Assembly (NCBI GenBank): GCA_040225955.1
Contig: JBECUL010000037.1
Location: 1 to 21,637, forward strand
Direction of reading: 5' to 3'
DNA length: 21,637 nucleotides
Source of the DNA: Candidatus Asgardarchaeum abyssi
GTDB taxonomy: Archaea > Asgardarchaeota > Asgardarchaeia > Asgardarchaeales > Asgardarchaeaceae
Within the stretch, counting starts at the first letter, position 1; each line of letters opens with the position of its first letter. The position numbers and the translations under genes were made by a program. This document shows, piece after piece, positions 8,626 to 17,913 of this stretch. The notes beneath the pieces are model-generated. The model did no database searches and was not told where the DNA came from. It saw only the letters and a program-made list of their open reading frames with translations.

Positions 8626-9894
8626 TTGATGCTAATGATAATCCATCCATCTAAAAAGTTAATAGGAATGAAAAGTAGCCTTTTAAAAGGGAAAAGAATA
8701 ATTCTGGGTATCACTGGAAGCGTGGCTGCTATAAAAGCACCAGATATCGCACGCGAGCTAATGAGACACGGTGCTGAAGTCTTTACTGTGATGTCTGAAA
8801 TGGCTAAAAAAATTATTCATCCATATACGATGGAATGGGCTACGGGGAATCCCGTGATAACCGAGCTTACGGGAAAAATAGAACACGTGTCACTTGTAGG
8901 CGAAGAAGAACATATATCAGATGTTTATCTGATAGCTCCTGCAACTGCTAATACTATAAGTAAAATTGCAAATGGTATAGATGATACACCAGTTACAAGT
9001 GTGGCTACAGTAGCTCTTGGCTTAAAAATTCCTATAGTGGTTGTGCCAGCAATGCATGATGCCATGTATAATAATCCATTTGTAAAAGAGTCTATTGAAA
9101 AATTAAAGAGACTTGGTATATATTTTGTTGATCCATTGATCGAAGAGGGGAAAGCAAAGATCGCACCTCTTGAAGAAATAGTTCTTGAAGTTATGCGAGC
9201 TGCGTGTGATAAAAAGGATTTGATTAATTGTAACGTACTAGTAACTGGTGGTCCAACGCGAGAGTTTTTAGATCCAATTCGCTTTATTTCCAATCCAAGT
9301 AGTGGTAAAATGGGTTTGGCTATAGCCGAATCCGCATATATACGAGGAGCTAATGTCTATCTTGTTATGGGTCCTAACAATCTTTATATTCCGCGACAAA
9401 TAAATTGTGTATCTGTTACCTCTGCTCAAGAGATGTTTGATACTGTTTTTAAAATACTTAATAGGAGTAAAGCTGATATATTTATCAGCGCTGCTGCTGT
9501 TGCGGATTATACTCCAGAAAAGAGAGAGACTGCCAAAATACGTTCCGATAAAGAGAAACTCCAAGTAATTCTTAAGAAGACACAAAAGATAGTAAAAGAA
9601 GTCAAACGTAAATACTCAGATATTCTCGTTGTGGGATTTAAAGCAGAGTCAAATATGACGGATGAGGCGCTAATAAGAATAGCAAAGGAGAAAATTAATG
9701 AATACAATATAGATGCTGTTGTCGCAAATGATATAAGCAGGCAAGCATCTGGTTTCGGAAAGGACTATAACGAGGTAATAGTTGTTACAAAATCGGGATA
9801 CTATGAGAAAATAGGACCGAAGATAAAAATAGAAATAGCTGATAGAATATTTGATATTTTGAAAAGGGAGATGGCATCGAAAGATGAATCCTAA
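8626..9894 (+). CDS. coaBC: Bifunctional phosphopantothenoylcysteine decarboxylase / phosphopantothenate-cysteine ligase
   Basis: [68 protein letters not shown]. Confidence 0.96.
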   Translation: MMLMIIHPSKKLIGMKSSLLKGKRIILGITGSVAAIKAPDIARELMRHGAEVFTVMSEMAKKIIHPYTMEWATGNPVITELTGKIEHVSLVGEEEHISDVYLIAPATANTISKIANGIDDTPVTSVATVALGLKIPIVVVPAMHDAMYNNPFVKESIEKLKRLGIYFVDPLIEEGKAKIAPLEEIVLEVMRAACDKKDLINCNVLVTGGPTREFLDPIRFISNPSSGKMGLAIAESAYIRGANVYLVMGPNNLYIPRQINCVSVTSAQEMFDTVFKILNRSKADIFISAAAVADYTPEKRETAKIRSDKEKLQVILKKTQKIVKEVKRKYSDILVVGFKAESNMTDEALIRIAKEKINEYNIDAVVANDISRQASGFGKDYNEVIVVTKSGYYEKIGPKIKIEIADRIFDILKREMASKDES

Positions 9895-10426
9895 AAAGCT
9901 AAGATTTCGAATTAAACTCTGGATTGAGCAAAACGGAGCAGACATATTAGGCGAAGGAGGGGCAGAGCTTTTAAAAGCGATACAAGAAACTGGGTCTATC
10001 GCCAAAGCAGCTGAGAAGATAGGAGTTTCTTATAAGTTTGCGTGGGCTTATATTAAGAAAATTGAAAAAAACCTTGGAGAGAAAATAGTTATTACTCATA
10101 AGGGCGGCGTTAAAAGGGGATGGGCAAAGTTAACAGAAGCTGGTGAGCAATTGCTTCAAATATATAACTTAGCATATTCTGAAATGAGAAACTGTTTAAC
10201 ATCCATTGAAACACCGTTGTCATTTGGTATTGTGAAAAATAATATAACAATAAAAATAAAGGAAATTCGAGAAGGGGAAGAGACATCAATAATAATTGGT
10301 ACTATTCAGAAAAATACAGCTTTAACCGCAGTAATAACGACTGAAGCTTTAGAAAGTCTCAATCTTAAGAAAGGTCTTCCATGTAAATTCTTAATAAAGG
10401 CGACAGCAATAAATGTGAGGTTATAA
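9884..10426 (+). CDS. modE: ModE-family molybdate/tungstate-responsive regulator (wHTH plus one TOBE domain)
   Basis: LLKAIQETGSIAKAAEKIGVSYKFAW, GG...G.A.LT and C-terminal TOBE VITTEALESLNL...IKA. Overlaps coaBC by 11 nt. Confidence 0.85.
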   Translation: MNPKKLRFRIKLWIEQNGADILGEGGAELLKAIQETGSIAKAAEKIGVSYKFAWAYIKKIEKNLGEKIVITHKGGVKRGWAKLTEAGEQLLQIYNLAYSEMRNCLTSIETPLSFGIVKNNITIKIKEIREGEETSIIIGTIQKNTALTAVITTEALESLNLKKGLPCKFLIKATAINVRL

Positions 10427-10428
10427 TA

Positions 10429-10638
10429 ATGGCCATAAGTGTAAGAAATATACTAGAGGGTAATGTTAAACGAATAAAGAAAGGAGACATACTTGTAGAG
10501 GTCACACTTGTTATTACAAAGGATCAAGAAATTAAAATTGTGGTTCCTAATAAAATTGTAAGAGAAATACGTCAAAAAAATCTAGAAGAGTTAGTAGTTG
10601 AAATTGATTCCCGTGCAATCGCGGTTCTAAGAGAATAA
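10429..10638 (+). CDS. Stand-alone Mop/TOBE-domain protein
   Basis: 69 aa beginning ISVRNILEGNVKRIKKG, matching the molbindin SARN.L.G.V..I pattern. Confidence 0.8.
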   Translation: MAISVRNILEGNVKRIKKGDILVEVTLVITKDQEIKIVVPNKIVREIRQKNLEELVVEIDSRAIAVLRE

Positions 10639-10772
10639 TACATGGATTGATTTTTGTTACAGCCCATCTCTATTTCTGAAAATTCTGAAACTTTACTCTG
10701 GAATAACAATATGTGTTTTTTGTAAAGAAATTTTTCCAAAAAAGCTTATAATTCTCTTCCTCACTCATATAT

Positions 10773-11377
10773 ATGGTGTCAATAATGCATTTATCTGAGG
10801 TGTTATCAGAGGAGGATCTATCACGGATTTTTGATATATTAAAGCATCCACTGCGGCGAGAAATTATCAGACAGCTATCTAATAAGCCTCAAACATACAC
10901 TCAAATCTTAAAGAAGCTTAATGTTAAAGAAAGCAGTTTTCTAAATTATCATCTAAGAAAAATGGAAAGCCTGCTTATTAGGAAGAGTAATGGAAAATAC
11001 GAATTAAATGAAATAGGTGCAATTTGTAGTCAACTTGTGCTTAGAGTTAAAGAGAATGTGAATATTAGTAGATTTAAGAATCTTCAACAAATGGTAATGC
11101 ACTTAAGATTAACTATGAATACGCTTCAGATAGTGTTTTTTCGCTTATAATTATTCTAGTTACGGAGCTTTGTGTAATAGATGTCATTAGTATATCATCC
11201 ATTATTAAAATCATCACATCTGGTATAGCTTTTAGTCTTGTTCTCATCTTTTTTCTTAGGAGAAAATATAACAAAAGTTATATGGACTACCAAAACAAAA
11301 GAGAGAGTATTTTTGGCATGCTAAGCCTTACGCTTACAATATGGATTTTAGTACAAATAATATTTGAATTGTTATAA
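10773..11377 (+). pseudogene. ArsR-type wHTH regulator with a C-terminal three-helix membrane domain, frameshifted at a T6 tract
   Basis: The HTH ORF 10773-11150 (IFDILKHPLRREII, LNYHLRKM, GKYELN) stops 9 nt after T6 at 11136-11141. The -1 frame is open for 78 codons to TAA 11375-11377 and is hydrophobic. Confidence 0.65.
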
Positions 11378-11487
11378 TAATTCCAGCTATTGTATAAAAA
11401 ATTAAAATTCTAATGTGCTACGAGGAACTTAAAATAGTAACTGAGGGAGAAACTTATCCTTCTTATTCAAAGAATAAAGAAAATAAA

Positions 11488-12435
11488 TTAATAAGTCTTT
11501 AAATATGTAGCTTCAAATCCTTTAATCAATTTAGTTAACGTATCATTAACTGGTGCTGCAAGATTATTTAAAATCGCTTGATAAACAATGGCTCCATTAA
11601 TATAATCTATCTCGGTCTTTCTCCTCTTCTCTATATCTTGCAACATAGAGCATTTGTTATTTGCTGTTTTTTGAGCTACTTCAAAAGTTTTAGAGAGAGG
11701 ATCCGATGGTAAAGTAATACCTAATTTTCGAGTTACTGCCAACCCCTCATAAATAACATTTTTCATAAGAGTCTTTAGTTCTTCATGTTCTAAAAGTTGC
11801 CCATTTTTGAGTCCTGTTATTGCTCCAATAGGGTTAATTGCTGCATTTATAAGGAGTTTTAACCAAACGTAGCTTCTTATATTATTCACTATTTTTGCAC
11901 TCATTTTAGTTTCTTCTTCCAATTTTTCTGCTATTTCTTTGATGATTCCCATTGAGGGTGCTCTAACTGGGCCGAAAATCAAGTCACCAAGTCCTGTATG
12001 TTCAACAACTCCTGGCTCTCTTAACATAGCAGCATGTGATATTACTCCTCGTATTAACAAAGCATCTCTTATAATGGCTCTAATTATATCCTCCAACCCT
12101 AATCCATTTTGTAAGGTTACAATATATTCATCCCCATTTACTATCTTATTTATTTCTTGGCTTGCAGTCTTTGTATCATAGGCTTTAACAGTTATAAAAA
12201 TCACATCAAAAGAAGGTTCATTTATTTCATCTACAGAAGTAAATGCGTCTATCTTAATAGTAAAATTTTCTAACGGTGAAATTACTCTAAGTCCATTTTC
12301 ATTTATAGCTCTCACATGTTTCTCTCTGCCAATAAGAATAACATCAAACCCTGCTTTCTTTAAGAAACCTCCTATTAGACTTCCAATTGCACCAGCACCG
12401 AAAATCAAAAGCCTTAAACTCATACTTTCCATCAC
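11488..12435 (-). CDS. panE: 2-dehydropantoate 2-reductase
   Basis: GAGAIG, VKAYD, LQNGLG, WLKLLINAAINP, SMLQD...TEIDYING. The start is probably ATG 12423. Confidence 0.95.
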   Translation of the reverse strand: MMESMSLRLLIFGAGAIGSLIGGFLKKAGFDVILIGREKHVRAINENGLRVISPLENFTIKIDAFTSVDEINEPSFDVIFITVKAYDTKTASQEINKIVNGDEYIVTLQNGLGLEDIIRAIIRDALLIRGVISHAAMLREPGVVEHTGLGDLIFGPVRAPSMGIIKEIAEKLEEETKMSAKIVNNIRSYVWLKLLINAAINPIGAITGLKNGQLLEHEELKTLMKNVIYEGLAVTRKLGITLPSDPLSKTFEVAQKTANNKCSMLQDIEKRRKTEIDYINGAIVYQAILNNLAAPVNDTLTKLIKGFEATYLKTY

Positions 12436-13227
12436 CTAATAGTTAAAAACCTCATCTATTATTATTCCCTTTTTTGACAGATTATCAAGTCTATTCTTAA
12501 TATATGCCAATACAGATTTTAAAATTTCCTTATTGTCATACTTCTCTTTTATATTCCTTAATTCACTCTTGGACATATTCTTAAACTCTTTACTATACTT
12601 AATTAACAAAGGCATGCATCTAACAATATTATCAACAATAGTTATATTTGCCCATTGCGCGGTTCTACTTAGTGGGTTCAAGTCGACAGCAATAACTGTC
12701 TTTCCAAGCTTTCTCAAAGCTTCAGTTCGATCTCCATCTTCTAAAGGTACAAAAACAACATCAGCTTTGTATATACCACGTACATCAACGATTCTACGCA
12801 TACTTGAAATTTCTGGTATTTTTGTCCAAAATTTTTCATCAACACCTAAAACATCTCTCGCACCACGTTCAATTAATTCTTTCTTAATAGCCTCTAATCT
12901 GCCTGGCTCTCTGTAAAATATATTAACTTCTATTTTTGCATTGGTAACCTCTGCCAACTCTATAACTTCTTTCGCAACAAGTGCTGCAACATTTCCATTT
13001 ACACTTATAACTGGATGTTCTGCGAGCAAAAACGTTGCAGCTGCAGCTTTTATAGCCTCCTCTGCTGGTGGAATTGTTTTTTCCCCTAGTAAATAATCAA
13101 AAGCCTCTCCTCTTCCATGTGCTATAAGTCCACTTTCAGTAACCACTTTTTTCTTTAATCCTTCAACTAATCGATGTCTAATCTTTAGAGACCATGCTCT
13201 AGGATGAGAATCTGGTATTTCACTCAT
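12436..13227 (-). CDS. Archaeal 4-phosphopantoate--beta-alanine ligase (phosphopantothenate synthetase, COG1701)
   Basis: IP.SHPR..SL..R, GLIAHGRGEAFDYLLGE, PVISVNGN, VPLEDGDRTEAL, DLNPLSRT. Confidence 0.96.
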   Translation of the reverse strand: MSEIPDSHPRAWSLKIRHRLVEGLKKKVVTESGLIAHGRGEAFDYLLGEKTIPPAEEAIKAAAATFLLAEHPVISVNGNVAALVAKEVIELAEVTNAKIEVNIFYREPGRLEAIKKELIERGARDVLGVDEKFWTKIPEISSMRRIVDVRGIYKADVVFVPLEDGDRTEALRKLGKTVIAVDLNPLSRTAQWANITIVDNIVRCMPLLIKYSKEFKNMSKSELRNIKEKYDNKEILKSVLAYIKNRLDNLSKKGIIIDEVFNY

Positions 13228-13228
13228 C

Positions 13229-13666
13229 TTATTTACCTCTCCTTATCCCTTTTATTCTTATCTCTTCCCCTAGAATATGTTTATCCACTGTAATATCTAT
13301 ATATACTGTGGCAATCAGCGCTAAAAGGAAAATGATTGCATATTCTACTATGTAGTTTGCAAATTTAAGTCCGGTCCAAAGAAAACCTATGGAAAATATC
13401 TCCTCGAATATAACCCATGTTGAAACGTAATATATCACCTTTGAGGAAAAAAAGATATTTTTGGAAATCACTGGAGTTAAATTAGACTTATGAATGTGAT
13501 AATATATCCATAATCCAAGGGTTATGAGCAATAAAATAAATGATACAAAAACTAAATTAAACTTGAGAAAAATAATAGCACTTAATATAATTACAACAAT
13601 AGAAGATAACCCTAAATATGCCAATAGCGCATCTTTTTTGACCCTAGCTCCGTAACTGTGTTTCAT
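13229..13666 (-). CDS. Hypothetical membrane protein (about 4 transmembrane helices)
   Basis: 145 aa with four hydrophobic stretches. Gaps to neighbours are 1 and 4 nt. Confidence 0.75.
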   Translation of the reverse strand: MKHSYGARVKKDALLAYLGLSSIVVIILSAIIFLKFNLVFVSFILLLITLGLWIYYHIHKSNLTPVISKNIFFSSKVIYYVSTWVIFEEIFSIGFLWTGLKFANYIVEYAIIFLLALIATVYIDITVDKHILGEEIRIKGIRRGK

Positions 13667-13670
13667 TTAT

Positions 13671-13988
13671 TTAATCCTCCAATTTTTCTCTTATAAGTTT
13701 AAAAGTAACTGTCCCTCCACAAGTAGTTGGAGGTCCTGGGTCTGGACATTGAAGATAACCAATATCGTGTTCTTTCCCTATACCTAATTCTTTAGCTGAA
13801 GAACCATGAATGAATGCAGACAATAAAGATAATAATGCACCAAAAGCGTGAATACAAACATTTGCAGACTTATTAGTATTTATATAGAATTTATCAATGA
13901 TTATTGTATCACCAAGTTTATATACTGGGCATTTTCCTTTAATATTCTCTACTTTTATCTGAATTCTATAACTACCCATATGAATCAC
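13671..13988 (-). CDS. TIGR04076-family Cys-motif protein
   Basis: GKCPVYKLGD, VCIHAF, LQCPDPG, GTVTFKL pattern. The start is probably ATG 13979. Confidence 0.8.
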   Translation of the reverse strand: MIHMGSYRIQIKVENIKGKCPVYKLGDTIIIDKFYINTNKSANVCIHAFGALLSLLSAFIHGSSAKELGIGKEHDIGYLQCPDPGPPTTCGGTVTFKLIREKLED

Positions 13989-14110
13989 CTTAAAGTGTTA
14001 TGGTGAACGTAAAGAGTATGTTTATATGATAATCTAAAATGCAATTATTAATATTTTTATATTTGAAAATATCTTAATTTTGTAAGTATATTTCCTTATG
14101 GGGTTTACTT

Positions 14111-14902
14111 ATGGCTTCTGAGCTTGTAGAGGAAAGACTAAAGGATATGCTGTTAAAGAAACAATTTAATGAACTTTCTAATCTTCTTCTAAGAAAATAT
14201 CCAAACAAAATAGACATGGTAATAAAATTCTTGAAAGATAAAAATCCAATGATAAGAGGGAATGCAGCTCTTCTAATAGGCCTTATTGGAGAGAAGAATC
14301 CTGATATTGTTTCAAAGGCAATTCCAGTCTTAGTTAAAATTATGAAGAAAGATAATGTTGCTGTTAAAACATCTGTTGTTATAGCATTAGGTCGTATTGG
14401 GAAGGGGAAAATAACTTTAGTTAGTCCAATAGTCCCAGAAATTATAAAATTTCTAAAACATAAATCCCCCGCTATGAAACAAAGTGCTATTGTTGCTCTA
14501 AGTCATATTGGTAGCATTTATCCTGGGGTTGTAAAAAAGGCAGTTCCTATGATAATTGCTATGCTAGATGATCCCGATCCCACGATTCGCGAAAAAGCAA
14601 TAATGGCAATAGGACTTATTGGAAGTGCTAACATACATATGGTTAAAGAAGCAATTCCAATTTTAATTGATCTTCTATCAGATGAGGATTCGTTGGTAAG
14701 ACGAGCAGCTGCTGAAACCTTAGGAATACTCTCAGAGCAGCATCCTGAGGGTGTAAGAACAGCAATCGTAAAGCTACTAAAACTACAAGCACAAGGGGAA
14801 ATATGGTATGTTAAAGAAATGGCTCGTGACGTACTGCAAGATTTATGCTCTAAGCTAGGAATCGATATAAGACTTATAGCAAAAGAAAAACAAGTCTTAT
14901 AA
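14111..14902 (+). CDS. HEAT-repeat protein
   Basis: About five 37-38 aa repeats of the form AIP.L..LL.D.D..VR..A..ALG.IG. Confidence 0.92.
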   Translation: MASELVEERLKDMLLKKQFNELSNLLLRKYPNKIDMVIKFLKDKNPMIRGNAALLIGLIGEKNPDIVSKAIPVLVKIMKKDNVAVKTSVVIALGRIGKGKITLVSPIVPEIIKFLKHKSPAMKQSAIVALSHIGSIYPGVVKKAVPMIIAMLDDPDPTIREKAIMAIGLIGSANIHMVKEAIPILIDLLSDEDSLVRRAAAETLGILSEQHPEGVRTAIVKLLKLQAQGEIWYVKEMARDVLQDLCSKLGIDIRLIAKEKQVL

Positions 14903-16369
14903 TCAGGTAAACAGAGCCAAGAATTGAGAAACAGAGCAGGTATCTCCTAACCCAACAGTTTTTAAGGGATTTTCAACAAACTTTATAGGTATTGCGATTA
15001 ATGAAAAATTATCTGTTTCTATAAATCCATCTTCAAGTAAATTTCCATCTGTAGCTGAATGTTTTTCTCTTATTAATTTATCTAAATAGTTCATAGTCTT
15101 AAATGCACGCTCTTGATAGTAAAAGGCATTCTTATTCTCTAGCATGTTTCTAATTTCCATTAGTGAAGGTTCTTTTCCCAAAATCGCTCTTACGGAAGTT
15201 ACCAATGAACCGAATAATGTAGCATTTAAGAATTTCTCAATTTTCATATCTCTGTTATTCGTTACTGGAGGAGTTATAAAGAATGTGGTATCGAAAGTGT
15301 GTAAATGAATTGATACGTTTATGTTTGATAAAATTTTAAGAAAACCAGTTAAAAGCTTTTTACATCTTTCCTCTATAGATATGTTAGTACTTTCCTTTGT
15401 ACCAAAAAAATAAATATAAAACTCATTTTCATTTAAGCTAATTATATCAACATGGGGTAAAATTGATTGTTTTATCTGACTAATGATATAATCATCAGCA
15501 GTTATTCCAAGCTCATATTTAATGAGGAGATTTCGGTTCGCTTCTTTGATTGCTTTAATGAAATTTATTGTTTCATTCATTCTCTCATCAATAAACTTCT
15601 TACCCAGTGAGGAATCGATCAAGTGATGACCTGCGATAATTCCTCCATGGAAATCTTTTGCATGAATCACAAGATATTCTTTAAGATGCTTGTCTATTGT
15701 AAGCATTGAATTTATTGGATCATATGTGGCGATAAACCTAGTACTATTTGGAACAATGAATGTTTTTCCATGAATTGCAGCAGAAAAGCCTTTTTTAAAT
15801 TCAAAAATCCAATGAATTAGCTCCTCCTTTTCAGTAGCTATTATATATGGAGAAAATAGCTTAATGCCTCCTCCAGAACTTCTAGCAACAAATATCTCTT
15901 TAAAGAGTAGCGATGCTAAAGTTTTGGTCATAACTGGCGCGTTTATGAGTATATTTTTTATACCTAGAACACTAGCGGTATTTGCCATAATTCCTGCTTG
16001 TCCACCTATTGAGAGTAGATCATACTGAACATTCTTATTTATCCAATGATATACATTCTCATCTACAATTTTCCACTCTTCTCCGATACCATGTTCCATA
16101 CAATAAGTAAGACCGATAAGTAAATCATCTAAATTCTTTATCTTTTTCTCTCTGAGTCTTTTTCTTTCTATTTTATTTATTTTTGTATTTTTTTCTAAAA
16201 GTTTTAAGAGCGAAGCATCTACCTCTCTTATGGCATCAACATTTATATTAAAACCAAAAAAGAAGTTTTTTAAGAAGAGAAACCTTGAGCTTACTGAATC
16301 GTATGCCGACCTATATTTTTCATCCCAAATTTTAATTAATTCCGTTATAGTTTTTTTAGTCATTTTCAA
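14903..16369 (-). CDS. ADP-dependent glucokinase/phosphofructokinase family protein, probably glucokinase-type
   Basis: GFNINVDAI, GGQAGIMAN, IHWIFEF, RFI, NENE (NxxE), HLHT, TVGLGDT with the catalytic Asp. The start is TTG 16369 or ATG 16363. Confidence 0.9.
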   Translation of the reverse strand: MKMTKKTITELIKIWDEKYRSAYDSVSSRFLFLKNFFFGFNINVDAIREVDASLLKLLEKNTKINKIERKRLREKKIKNLDDLLIGLTYCMEHGIGEEWKIVDENVYHWINKNVQYDLLSIGGQAGIMANTASVLGIKNILINAPVMTKTLASLLFKEIFVARSSGGGIKLFSPYIIATEKEELIHWIFEFKKGFSAAIHGKTFIVPNSTRFIATYDPINSMLTIDKHLKEYLVIHAKDFHGGIIAGHHLIDSSLGKKFIDERMNETINFIKAIKEANRNLLIKYELGITADDYIISQIKQSILPHVDIISLNENEFYIYFFGTKESTNISIEERCKKLLTGFLKILSNINVSIHLHTFDTTFFITPPVTNNRDMKIEKFLNATLFGSLVTSVRAILGKEPSLMEIRNMLENKNAFYYQERAFKTMNYLDKLIREKHSATDGNLLEDGFIETDNFSLIAIPIKFVENPLKTVGLGDTCSVSQFLALFT

Positions 16370-17718
16370 TCCTCAAAAGGTATTTCTATTTCCATATTTT
16401 CCTCTCTGTCAGTCAGCTGATTGTAATATTTCATTGAAATTGTTATTAATGTTCCTGGACTTACCCCCCTTATTTCTATATCAAATGAAACCTCTTCACG
16501 CTCTTTTATTTTCTCTAGGTTAAATTCGTTCGGCTCTATGGCTAAAACTGGTGAAAGTTTTATCGAAATATCAGATAATACAATTTTACTTATATTCTTG
16601 AGTAAGAGTAAATATTTGTTTTCTTGCCTTTTTATCACAAAAGCTTCAAATTTTGGTGTTTGCATTCTTTCTATATCTTTTTCAATAATTTTGATCAATG
16701 CAGGAACTCTTGGATATTTATCAGTGCGCATGACTTCTTTTATTTTTTCAAGCCGTTGATATATGTAATCGCAATCAATTCCAAAATTCTTAATTTTTTT
16801 CAGCTCCATATCGATTTTTCTAATCTTCTCCTCAACAGCCTCATTGAATTTATATCTTGTATTAACAAGTACTGAAAGAGAATCCAAAGCGTTTTTCGCA
16901 GCGTTATATTTTTTTGAGTCGATAAGTGAATTTATTCTCTCCGCAACTCTAATCGCATCATCCATATATATGTATTCTTTAAGGTCATTTAGTGCGCTTT
17001 TTAAACTCTCAAACCGATCAAAAATTTGTTTATAATCATTAATTACGTTGATAGCTCTATTTTTTATATCAGAATACTTAGTCTGCACTTCTTTAAATGT
17101 ATACTTCTCAAAATTATTGCGAAGAGCATTTATTTCCTCAAAGAAAGGTTCAACATTTACTTTGTTTTTATAAATCTCTAGTATCTCTAGGAATTCATCG
17201 ATATCCCCGACAATGTCTAACCATTCAGAATAATTAGAAAGTAGAGAAAAATACATCTCCTGACATTTTTTAAAGTTTTTATCAGATATATTCATAACTT
17301 TTATAGACTTTAGTTTTCTCCTTAAATCTGCAGGAATTGGGGTAGGTGAGCTCTCAATTCTTCTAATCAATATTGTAACTCTTTTCCTTAGTTGGTTAAT
17401 AATTCTTCCTTCCAGCGATGATGTGATCTCTTTAAGAGAGGCCTCTCTTGCTCTTTTTAGAGTCTCTAAGATATCGTTATATTTCTTTATTATAGCGAAA
17501 TCTTGCTCTATACCGTATCCTAATAAGTCTATAATCTTACTAATATAGTGTGTATTCTTGTTCTTAGAAAAATCGATTAACTTTTGTTTTATTAAATTTA
17601 ATATCTCGTCATCTCTCAAAGCATCTACGATATAACTAGGGGTCTCATTATAAATTTTATTAATTTCTTCAAAATCATCGGATTGAAGAGCGTGCCTTAT
17701 TATGTCTAGGCCAGACAA
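16366..17718 (-). CDS. Hypothetical protein: long helical/coiled-coil region plus C-terminal Ig-like beta-sandwich
   Basis: 450 aa, TTG start with GAGGG upstream. About 350 aa are charged and helical, then LLLLKNISKIVLSDISIKL...F.LEKI...EEVSFDIEI...ITISMKY suggests beta strands. Confidence 0.75.
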   Translation of the reverse strand: MSGLDIIRHALQSDDFEEINKIYNETPSYIVDALRDDEILNLIKQKLIDFSKNKNTHYISKIIDLLGYGIEQDFAIIKKYNDILETLKRAREASLKEITSSLEGRIINQLRKRVTILIRRIESSPTPIPADLRRKLKSIKVMNISDKNFKKCQEMYFSLLSNYSEWLDIVGDIDEFLEILEIYKNKVNVEPFFEEINALRNNFEKYTFKEVQTKYSDIKNRAINVINDYKQIFDRFESLKSALNDLKEYIYMDDAIRVAERINSLIDSKKYNAAKNALDSLSVLVNTRYKFNEAVEEKIRKIDMELKKIKNFGIDCDYIYQRLEKIKEVMRTDKYPRVPALIKIIEKDIERMQTPKFEAFVIKRQENKYLLLLKNISKIVLSDISIKLSPVLAIEPNEFNLEKIKEREEVSFDIEIRGVSPGTLITISMKYYNQLTDREENMEIEIPFED

Positions 17719-17913
17719 ATTAGGACCCTCAATTTATTATATTTCGTATATATAGAAAAATAAGAAATTAAGGATAAGAAATTTTCGCTTTTATTCGAGC
17801 TTCTCGTTGAGAAAATCGCTATATGCTTGCAAAAATTAAATTAAAAATCTTTTATTTTTTTGTAAAATTGTTGAATTTTCCAAAAATAGATAGTCTATAT
17901 GAGAGATTTTCAA

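Noticed and set aside
8626-9894. CoaC half lacking the bacterial ACGD.G.G Cys motif
   Set aside because: PAMH and EEGKAK variants are typical of archaeal CoaBC, so this is not unusual.
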